Below are positions 51,401-63,400 of a stretch of DNA of 64,000 bases, piece by piece (within the stretch, counting starts at the first letter, position 1; each line of letters begins with the position of its first letter). The stretch lies in the NCBI GenBank assembly GCA_015233115.1, contig JADFYJ010000012.1:15557-79556 (forward strand), read 5' to 3'. The stretch is from Candidatus Omnitrophota bacterium. Lineage in GTDB: Bacteria; Omnitrophota; Gorgyraeia; Zapsychrales; Zapsychraceae. Position numbers and translations under genes: made by a program. Below the pieces are notes generated by a model that saw nothing but the letters and a program-made list of their open reading frames with translations, was not told the origin of the DNA and searched no databases.

Positions 51401-54400
51401 ATAAACGGGCGCCGCTCCGGCAGGGAACGATCACACTAATCTTTTTGCGCGCGGCTATTTCTCGGGCCGCTTCTTTTTGAATACCCAATAAAATCTCCGC
51501 GATGATCTCCCGCCATCCGTCAGAGCCGACGAAAATAGTCCCATCCCAAGCCCATATAACTAATTGTGGATTAATGCGGTTAATAATTTCCTTAAATTTT
51601 GCTTCGTCCGTAAAATCTTTTATGATGATGGCGCTTGGATTGACTTCTAATAATTTTTCCGCGTCTTTTGACTGACGGGCCACAGCAATAAATGGTAATC
51701 CCAAATCTTTAGCTAAACGCGCGTCTTGCCTGCCGTCGCCAATGGACAAAACTCGCCGAGGATCAATTTGCTGTTGTTTGATAACCGCTTCAACGATTTT
51801 CTTTTTATCAAAAAGAGCCACACCCAAAGCCAAAGAACTCGGGCTCAGCTCAGCATAAACTTCTTCAAAATATTGCCGAACATTTAACGCGGCCAATTCC
51901 CAGACTTTATGTTCAATCGGCCCGCCGGAAACTAAAACCATTGGCGCAGACATGCTTCGCAAAAATTCCAGAAAATTTTCAACACCTTTGGCCAATGGTT
52001 TTTCAACTTCCCATAATGAAGATTTGGATTTTTTTAATTCCAATGTTCGCTCATTAAAAATTTGATAATATTCCCCGGCCGATTTCAGCGCCCGCGCCCC
52101 TTTTGTTTTTAAATAATCCAAAACCCATTCAATTTGCTCCAGAGGAAGAGATTTAGGATTTTGGCTCAGTTCCCCCGACCACGACCCCATTAAATCCCGC
52201 GCCTTTGTCCTCGCAGTCTTTTCTGTCAATTCAAATTTTAAAGCACTTTCCGAAGAAAAAACAAAAAAACGGTCTGTAAGATCACCCGTGTTTCTGGCAA
52301 TCAGATTATTATTCTGTAATAATTCTATGGTGAGGGGTTCCGCGTCTCGTTCTTTCAATCTTAACAACGCGTGCAGAATAAATTCATGGTGAGCCATGAT
52401 CTGGGAATATTTTAAGGACACATCGTTCGACAAATGCACGGCCTGAATATGGACAGCATTCTCAACGTAATCATACCACATCGACGAAGCATTAATTTCC
52501 GCAGGTTCGATAATGATATTTGTTTTAAGCGGCGGCCCGGTTACATAATGTGACATAAAGCCCATAATTTCTTTTAACCGTTCCTGATAAGCCGGATTCA
52601 TTTGGGCCCATAAAGTCTCATCCCATTTAAAATTATTTTTCCCGCGAATAATGACTTGGCCTAAAGGCACAGGTGTAAAACCGGCCACATCCGCGGGGAT
52701 TGCCATAACTTTATCCGGCGCGTTCACACGTGTCTGGTCTAAAAACTCCTTAATGTATGCCACCGTCAGCCGCTTGGTTTCCTTTAATCGGTTAAGCCCG
52801 TAAATCAATTTACCTTGGGGATCTACGCCATCAATTCTGGCATCGTGAGTCCAGGCCGGATCTTCATAAGGCAAGAAATCACCATGCGCGGTAATATCCT
52901 GAAGCGCGTGTACGCCCCGTCCTAAATAATAAAAAATTTGATAATGAGATGTGCCTTTTTGAGCAGCCGTTTCAAGGGCTTTTTCCAACATTTCTTTCGC
53001 AAAGATTATCCGTGAATCATTTTCCTGATCTCCTGCCCCATTAGGTTTACGGTTCATGTTCATATGCATACGTAGATATTGATATTCAGCGCTGCGATAA
53101 AATGGCACAAAATTCAGATAAGAATCGGTGGTGATGCAAGCGGAAGCCAGAAGTCGAGCTTCCCATTTATCGAATCCTGCTTTTAATGCCCACGCATAAG
53201 TTGAATCTACATAATACCGGTTGAAAAGCGGCACACCATAATGAATTTGGTTGGCTGCCCAATTAATCATAATGCGTCGGTCAAAATGTCCCCAATGATT
53301 GACCGGACAAATATAAAAAATAAATCCAATCGCCCGGCGTAAAAGGCTATAAATAAAACCATTGAGCAAAAGTAAATATTCGTGAATACGGTCAACAGCA
53401 TGGGAAGGCAAGATATCTCTGCTGATAATCCCTGGCGGTTGATTTTTGAATAAACGAAATATTTTAACTTTGTGGTGAAAATCTTCAATCAGTGCGACTA
53501 CGAAAAATTTCCACAATGCCCTTTGGATCGAGTATCCATAAATCATAAATCCCACAAAAAATATCACCGCAAACAGTCCGATAGGAATCGCAATGCACCC
53601 CAATGCGGCCCAGTCCAAGTCATTTCCTGCGAGAGAATCAACATACATTGTTCTGGTCCAGGCTTTTGATGAAACAGCCATGAACGCGGCCATGAAAATA
53701 AATTTAACAACAGAATACCCGTTGCTTCCCCCTGCCGTTTTTATCGCTTCAAATTTTATTTGTCTCAAAAGCCAGCCGGTTGCTTCAGCTCTTTTTAATT
53801 TACAGATTAAAGATACCGGTATTTGGTTTTCAGATTCATAATCATACCTATTAACCGAAAAACTTCCTTTCCCAACTAATAAAGAATGGTCAACAGCTTC
53901 TTTTTCTGCCATATCTCCAATTTTCACGACTTTATCTAATTCTAAACTAGTGTCTTTTAAAAAATGCTTTAAAGCTGTTCCCTTATTTAATCCTTTGGAT
54001 GAAATAGTTATTGATCCTGAAGTTTCTATTGAACTGCTGCGTAAAGCGGTTAGCGGTAGTCCTGACAAATCAAACAACTGATTAATTCTTTGGACCATAT
54101 TCATTTGATTCCCAGGTTTTTTAGGCCAAATATGTATTTTATATTTACTCACGGAATAATCTTCATCATAGGCCAAAATATATGTTCTCAATAATGAGAT
54201 GGCGGCTTGGGTAACATATGCGGGTATGGTTTTTTCATAAAATTTACTAACAGATCCTCTATCTAAACGATAACCATACGCGCCATTGACAGGATAAATA
54301 TAGAAAAATGGTAAAGTATGAAGATTGCAGCGAGCATGATTTAGAATTAGATTTAAAAATTTATTACGCAAAGAATCATCCGTACGTGCTGTAATAATAC

Positions 54401-57400
54401 CTACATAAATTTTTTTATTTGCTAAATCCACTAATTGATCAACGATAAATTCTGGCAATTTACCTCGTTCATCCGTCAAAGTTTCATCCACGTCAACCAC
54501 AACACCTTGATAACCCTGCGCCAAATATTCATTAAAACGATATAAATATCGGTCAATGTTTTCCGGCGAAACCTGGCTTGCTTGTTCATCATTTTTGATT
54601 GAATTCAATGCGTCAAAAATCAATTGCTTATTTATGGACGCTTTTCTGCCATTGTTTGCCTTATTTCGCATCAAATAATAATACTGCTGCACTTGAGCGG
54701 CTTCTTCTTGAGTATTAAAACCAATCACTTCATATGGATCAGAACAAGCAATTCCTATAACCGTCTCACCTAAACGAGTTAACAAAGGAATGATTTTTAA
54801 AAAATTTAATTCTGAGATTTTACCATCCATAACCCCGGAATCATTGATAAGCTTTTGATTATAAGCAAACACTTTTCGCTTATCAAAAATGAACACGCTA
54901 CTATCATGCTCACCAAATAAACGTTTTTGTTCAGGGTGTTCTTTGGTTAGAAAAATACCCTCGACCTCCCCTTGGTCATTTCGGGTTAATCCGGCATACG
55001 GCTCTCGTTCCCAAACCGTAGGCATGGTCATAACCGTATGATCTAATAACTGGTGAACAGCCAAAGCGGTTTTTAAAGTCTTATCTTGAATATTTGTAAT
55101 ATCACCCCACATCAGCAATACGTCTCCATCGAAATCTTTTAAAATGCGTTCACTGCTCATCAACGCAACGGCTGTTCCGGGGAGAGTTTTAACCACTACA
55201 ACTTCCACTTGATACTTTGGATAAGTGGTTAAGAAATCGTTGATCGCGAACTCGTCTTCTTCCCTTACAACTAAGACTGGTTTAGTATCAATATTTTTAG
55301 TTGCTTCTAAAAGATGCGCCAAATTAGGACGTCCGGCTATGGGATACAACACTTTAGGTTTATCCGACTGCAGACGGGAAGCTTTTCCTGATGCTAAAAT
55401 AACCACGCGTACAGGCCGAAGGGGTCGGTATTGCCCAATGTCCTTAATGCCGGCCAAATCGCAAATAATATTTTTAATTTTTCCTTCATAGTCATCAAAT
55501 AAAATTGGATTATTTAATAAATACCTTAATTGATCTTTGGCCTTTGCCACCAAATCATACAGATTTTTATGGGTTAACCGTCCTTTAAAAATTCTATATC
55601 CAAGATCATCCAAACCCTCCAGACTACACAAAATTTCAGCCGTTAAATGCGAATCATGCTTCCCGCCCTTGCTAATCGCCGCTTTTATCGGTTCAATGCC
55701 CATAGAACAAATATATTCGTCATCAATCGGTATATGATGAGCTTGCACGACACCATCTGTCCGGTTTCCGTGATAATCCACCAAGACATAATCAAGGACA
55801 GAATCAACCCCCGTGTCTTTTCCGTCATTGAGATACTGCTGCAATTGACGCATATTTTCACCTACCGTCAATTTCCCCCTTTCACGGACTAAATTAGCTA
55901 CGACTATTTTTAAACATTTTTTTTCCCGTACCGCCTGCGCAATGCCCTGGGTTATTAATGTGGGCGACAAGCTGGAGTCAAAAGTCGTGGGAGCAAACAC
56001 AATCGCGTTAGTCCCTTTTATCGCGTCCAGTGCTACTTGCTCCGCCTGAGGATAAATGGCAAAGCGGTTCTTCATAAAAGCTTTCTTTTCGACGATAGAA
56101 CAGCACGCGTTGAACTCTGCCATTTCATATTGATCAAGAGTTTTTCGTACTAAATATATAGCCGAAATTTCATCTTCCAAATTGCGGTCAACAATCTCCG
56201 CTTCACAATTTAATAATTGTCCCTGCTCAGTAATAGCCACCAGCCATAAAGGTTCCTGGTTATTTAAAACAATACTCCCTTTCAAATTAAAATCCTTAAT
56301 CATTCGATTAATAGCCTGGTGATAATCTCCACCATAAAAATAAAATGCGCCCACAAAAATTATGTTGCGCACACCGTAATCCCTCAAATCATATGTTTTT
56401 CCATTTTGCTGTTCCCATTCATCTAGTCTGGCGTTAAACGCACTTAAATAATTTAAAATAATTCGCCGCATTGACGGGTTAAGTTTGTCGACCAATCTCC
56501 CCAGCTCATTACTTAGATTCCGTTCTGCCGTGACATCCATGATCATTTGACGATAATAATTAACTGAACCTGTCCGCCCCAATCTGTGCTCTAATAGCTG
56601 AGTCATATCCGGGTGCAGATCTTGAAATAAAACCACCCAATTTTTCGCAATGTCTGACGGTCCCAACAAACCAAAATTTTTTCTTATATCCCCAGTACTC
56701 TTGCCATCATCATAAGCATTTAAAAGCATTACCGGGTTTACCCCTTGACCGAGTAACCCTGTGGTCAATTTGTTTGAGCCTGTTCCTCCCGAAAATATAA
56801 CCATAGAATTTTGACTATTTAATTTTTGCGCAAAAATTATTTCATATATCTTTACAAATTCTTCTTCTTTTTTATCCTCATTTGGACCTTTTTGAACGTT
56901 GGCCAGTTTTGCCCTCAAAACCCGTAAAACATCTTCTCTATTTTTTAAAATAGAGTGTTGTTCGATATAAGAAAATAGTTCCTGTCTACCCTGTGAACAA
57001 ACCTCCAACAAACTAGTCTTATTTAAACAAGGCCTAACACTGACTAAATTTAATTTTTGAACGGTTTCCAATATTTGTTGTTCGTACATATCATTTTCGA
57101 TAACGCTTTCCTGAGCACTACCAAAAAGGCCATCTGCTTTTTTTTCCTGCCCATATAAAATACTTGTTAACGGTCTCCGGTCCACGCCAAGACCAGAACC
57201 TTTTCTGGTCTTCGCGGTTAATAGTTTATTTTGTTCCGCGGCCACATATTGCTGCACATCCGCGCTGGAACCTAAAAGCATGGCATCGACAATTTCTAAT
57301 TCATCAAAAAGCTTCACGACATCATACAAACCTAGTTCATCTTTTTCCTCCGGATTGCCGCGCAAAGATATTTGGACAATTTTTCCGTTTTTATTTAAGC

Positions 57401-60400
57401 CAATGATCGACATCGCGAACCGCGCTACATTTTTATCCCAAGTCGCCTCGTGTTGAGCTATGTGAGGACAAGCTTTTTGAATTTCGGATATGCGGTTCTC
57501 ACCGTTAACCCTTAAAAGCGGTCCGGTCAGTGCGTTTTTAATATCATAAATGTCTTCTACTGCGGCACCATTTCTTATCGTCACCTTGCGGAAGCCTAAA
57601 TTATTCGAGTCCAAAACAAAAAACACATACTCACCATTTAATGGCGTGAATTCCTGCTGGCCAATGCCATGCGCAGTTTTTGAGATAATTTGTCCGTCAA
57701 CAATTAACAAAGTATTCGCCAAATAAAAATTCCCTTGATGTCCATTAACCGCAAAAATTAAATCCTTATTAGCCACAAATTCTTCTACGGTTAAACCCGG
57801 AAATTCCTTAAATTGCAACCCGTGATCCACCGCGAATTTTTCCAAAACAGCATACCGCGAAAAATCATACGCGCGTCCTTCCGGATCAAACCAAAGTTTC
57901 AAATCAATTTTAACGGGATCGAAAACTATCACCCTGCCTTGCGCAGCCTGATTATCCTTTTCAAATGAAACATCAGAAATCACAACACCATTGCCGGCTG
58001 GCCGATTCTCAGAAATATTAAATAGTGATAATGCATTAACATTTTGTAATAATTTTTTTCTATATATTTTTTCCTGTTCTTCCAAAAATAATATATGCCC
58101 AGCTCCTTCCTCCACAACCATCCCTGTACTGACATCCATTTTAATGAGCTCATACAATAATGGATAAAGCCGATGGTTAAAAACAGCGGCCAATTTCTCA
58201 AATGAAACTTTAGGATCCCGTACCACTCCACCAAAACAATGATTGTTTACCAGCCATGTTACATCGCGTACGACCCCGGCCCCAAAGCCTATTTCTCTTA
58301 ATATACGACGGGTCATAACCGCTGAATATCGATTATGCTGTCTGCCTTTTTGATCCTTAAATGATTTCTGCCCGTCCGCATCTATTTTCTGCAACGCGGG
58401 ATGTCCTTTTGAAATGTCGTGGAAAAGAACAGCCAGTTGTAAAATAAACTTGCTTTCTCCCAAAATCAGTTTAGGAAAATGATTAAATAGATGAATCGTA
58501 TGCTGTAGCGCGTCACCTTCAAAATGAAATTTATAACCCTGATGCGCGCCGTCCAGTATAGATAAAAAGGGTAGTAAAGATGTCAACAGCCCATTCGTTC
58601 TTAAAATCTGCAGCGTTTGCCCAACATGAGGTGTCTTGAAAATATGTTCAATATTCAACCTAATATTGCCGGCATCTACAATCCCAATGCTGGCTAGTTC
58701 TCTTTGGATTTGTTTTAAATATAAACAGGTCTTATTAACTCCGGCTTCTTGTTTATCCGCAGGCCGTCCCGGTTCTTGAATAATAACGGCCATCCGCGTG
58801 TGATCAAATTCAAAACCATGGACGCTGAACTGAGCCAGAAGCAAAGTTTCATTTTCTTTGACCTCTATATCTTTAATCTCAACCGCCTGAACATTGGATA
58901 CCTGCGCATTCGCTGTGCCTCCCTTAACCAAAATAGCTTCTATGCGGCTTCGCCCATCTTTATTATGCTGATGCATGGCCTCTTGGCCCGTTGCTTCTTT
59001 AATTCCCACTCCGATCGCCGCGGATTTAGGAGTAATGAGCGCCATTTTCGACGGCATAGCCATAGTTTCTCTATAAATTGACGCCAGCAACAACCCGTCC
59101 TGATCCCGGTAAACTTCAGCGGCAATTGCCCCATCCCGTATTATAAATCGGCCGTCCGCGGTTTCCTGTTCCCCCTCGATCATTTCGTGTCTGTCCGCGA
59201 CAACCGCTAGCTCGTCAGTCTGCCGGTAAACCAAATATTCTGAATCTTTGGCAAAAGTCAGATCCATATGGCTAAAGGACGCGATAATATCCCCCGCTTT
59301 GACCAGGAATTCCCGACCATCCGCTTTAATTTTAACTACTGCCTCGCCGCTCTTTAAATAAATGACAGCCTCATATTTCTCATTCGCAAAACCGGTCATT
59401 GATGAACCGCTTCGATACGATCCGGTTTCTATCTGAATCGGATCATTAATACTGGTTCGCGCTTTATTACCTACCTTAATCTTTATCGCCACGTCTTCAT
59501 CTTCAACTTCCACCAACTGCATCATGCCAATTTCTTGTTTCACTTGATCAACAGCGGCTTGGATATCCGTCGGAAGCTTACCGCGATCAACACCCTCGAA
59601 TGATAAAGCCGGAATATAATTAAATCTCGGCTTAGCATAAATTTCTAATTTCTCGGCTTCATCAATTAAAGTTGCCAGATAATCAAGATCATCTAATAAA
59701 TCCCCCTCAGGAATAAATGCCGCGCGGTTGAATGCTTTGACATCCGGATATTTAGTTCTAAACCATTTATCAAAAGTTAAGCCCATTCTTCTTTGCAAAG
59801 GCGGTTGTTGAATGAGAATCACCTTGTCTACCGGTAATCCTAAAAATTCAATCTTGTCGCGGGCTAATTCAACATTTTCCTGGCAATTGCGGGACTCAGT
59901 TACAAGATAAAGTTTTATGTTATTAATTTCAGCTTCACTCAAACCTTCTCCCCTAAGATATGCCCTGAACACTTGCTCCATAATTTCCGCCTCCGCCAAC
60001 CCGGAAAGCTTATCCGTAGATATCTGAAGATATTTTGCCGCCTCTTCCACCAAATTCACTGTCGAATGCCCAATCCCGCCGACAAACATAATGGCATCCG
60101 CCTTACCATCCAAATATAAACGAGCCGTTTCAAAAACCGTTTCAAGATATTCGTTGCCGAAAGCCATAATCCAATCAACCTTGGCGGGCAGCGCGTCTCT
60201 TTGGGCGAGAAAAGAAACTAAAAAGTTTTTAGCTAAGGACGCGATACCAGCTACGGTTATAGTGCGCCTTATTACTTCTTCTTTTTTATCATTTAAAACT
60301 GTAATAACCCCTGGACCATTTTGAATTTTTCTGAAAATAGCATTTTCAACCGCGGATGGCTTTTCAGTAGGAACTTCAGATTCGATAAACTTAATATCTA

Positions 60401-63400
60401 CAAAACCTTCTTGTTGCGTTGCCGGTGGAGCGTTAGCTTGAACAACATTTTTAGTCTGCTCTAATATTGCGTCGATTTTTGTTTGGTAACAAGCTTTACT
60501 ATTTGCACCGGTCAGCATCAAAACAACATGTTTAACACCGATACGAATTAAGTATTCTTTCAAGTTTTGTAAAGCCACATAAGGAGTAACGGCTCCTCCT
60601 TCTGCGGCAATTCCCGCAAACAAAAACTCTTTTGCCGCATCATAAATATGTTTTGACGATACTGTGATCACCCCGTCACTTAAGGCGTTGAGTACTTCAA
60701 ATGCTGTTGGCTCCAAAACTTTTGTATCCAAACTATCCTCTGCTAATCTTCCGGAATAATCAGTATAATAACCAACCAATTTCCCTGCTTTTAATGAACA
60801 ATATGCATGTTTAGTTCTTTCGGTCTGAACAAGAAAAATCTTAGTCCGCGAATTTTCTCGTTTAAAAGCCAGCGTAACACCGCTGGCAAATCCACCAGAA
60901 CCAACCGGCGCGATAACAACTGCTCGATTCAAATCCATATTTTTTAATTTTAATTGTCGTATAATATTTTCATTCAATGCGGCATATCCAGCAATAGTAA
61001 ACTCATTGGCATGTCGTACAAAATACCTGTTCTCTTCCAGTTTAGACTGAGTTAACGCAGCATCATAAGCTTCTTCATAATTCATAAATTTTTGGTCTGT
61101 ATTATCTTTATATTGAACAACTTTTGCGCCTAGCTCTCTCATTTTTAATATTTTAGTTTCCGGAGTATTTGCTCCCACATAAATAATTGCCTCTAATTTC
61201 CTCCCCAACTTTTCTCCTACAACCTTTACAATATAGCTCATGGCAATTCCTTGATTTCCAGTAGTAGCAGTTACAAAACTATCTATTTTGGAATTGCTCC
61301 TGGCAATCTTGATCATCTCATATCCGGACCAAGACTTAAACGACCCTGTAGGTTGTTCACCCAACTCAACAACAACAGTGTTTAAATCTTCACTTTGAAA
61401 AATTTCAGAAATCTTAACTTCAGATAAACCTAATACGTCACCCAATACTACCTTAGCCTCATCTACATCAAAAATACTGTCTAATTCTCCATAATTATCC
61501 TCACCATCTCTGACTAAAAAACTAAAATCTAGGTTTTCAGTATGGATTTTAAACTGTGGTTTTGATAAATAACGCACACTCCTTAACAATTTGTCCAACC
61601 GATCACTTCTTCCTATTAGTTCTCCCAATGAATAATATTCATCTTCCGCACATTCTAAATATTTATCTCTTATTTCATTAAAAAATTCCCGGCCTTTTGA
61701 TCCGCCAAAATAATATTCATATGCCAAATATTTTAAAATATATTTTCGTGGATTATCCTTTAAGGTGAACTGCTTGGAAACCAACCTACCGCTTTGATCA
61801 TGATGTCTGATCCAAAATAAAGAATCGAATTCACTTGCCCTCTCGATTAAATAATCTCTAATTTGTTCCCTTAGGTCAAGGTCAGTTAAATTGGCTTGAT
61901 CAAAATACCTAAAGAAAAAATCAACTTCTTTTATAAACATCGTACCAAACGATATATCGGCAATCGATCGTTCCGGTATCATTCGTTTAATGTTCTCAAA
62001 ATTCATATCCCATTCTTTAATGAATCCATTTAAAGTTTGAGCGAAAAACTCAAGCATGTTGTCAACATCTTCATCCGCGGCATCTCTAAGCAAATTAACA
62101 TTAAAATCAAAATCTCCAAATTTCTCTACCCCTATTTTTTTTAATCCAGCCGCCAAAAAATCCAAACTCCCCCCAACCTCAATCGATATCAATTGAGGAT
62201 ATATTTCCTTTGTTTTTTCAGAGCTAATTCGAACAGCTTTTGAAAAAACGGCACATGGGAATGATTTTCTGTCCGTTAAATTATAACCATGATCGACTAA
62301 AGAAATACTTGCACGCATGAATTCTAATGTTTTTATTTTTAAGCGCCGGACAGCTTCTTCAATCACCTCATCAGCCACAATGCCATAAAACGCACCGTGA
62401 TCCAACTCCTCTATCGTCGCGTCTAAATTATCTTTATTATCTTTGAATTTTTGAATTGTACTCGCGCAATTTATAGAAGCCTGACCTTGAATATCAGATC
62501 TTTTTTTAATTATTTTTCCCATATTTACTAAATAAGCTTCCTTTTCACTTGCCCCTTCAAGATGTGCTTGCTCATGCACATCAATGGCTTGTTGATAAAG
62601 CCTCGACAAATGTTTAAACGCGATATCGTGTGAATTAGGCGTAGCCAGCGGAGCTGTTAACGCTTTATAAAAACCTTTGAATAATCCATATTCCTTGATA
62701 AACGCTTTTAATATTTCTACCGCTTGCCGCAGAAGACTCCTGCCCCCTCTTCGCAAGAAATAAATACCAAACCATACTGTTCCCCAAAAACATACCGCAC
62801 TATTCATCCAAATTTTTATATGTTCATAAACCACTAATACTTCTTTTAATTGTTCTTCTTTTTTGAGTTGTTCCTCTTTTGGCAGATGAGTATTCTTATC
62901 TCTATGCAATTCTTTGGCTAATTTATTTCGCGCGGCCTTCACTTCTGCCCAAGACGCGCCTTTTTGCAAACCTAAAACTTCAAAAGCAGGTGCTTCATGA
63001 CCGTTATTTCTGCTTCTGCGCTGATTTTTTTGCTCTTCGGATTTCTTTTCTTCTTCGTGTTGTCGCTTTTCCTCTCGCTTTCTTCGCTCCTCCTGCTCTT
63101 GTCGTTCTTTTTCTTCGCGTTTTGCTCTTTGCTGCTGTTCACGCTCTCGGTTGGCCTTATCTCTTTCTCTTTCCTGATTTAAAATTTTTTCATTATAAAT
63201 ACTGACTAAAATTTTATTAAATTTCCCAATATCCTCTCCACCTTCTAAATTATAAGCTTCAAAAAATTCATTATTAAATACTTTTTCGCAATCAATATTT
63301 TGCTCATGCAATCTATTTAAAAAATCAAGAATAAATTCAACCCGTGGCTGTACTTCATGCTTTTTAGAAGAATAAAGAGCTATTTCTAAAACTAAGCCCT

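Noticed and set aside
62879-63205. Plus-strand ORFs of 108 and 61 aa (L/F/S-rich)
   Set aside because: They are antisense to the E/R/K low-complexity linker of the giant gene. The poly-Leu/Phe translation is a mirror artefact of the GA-rich coding strand.
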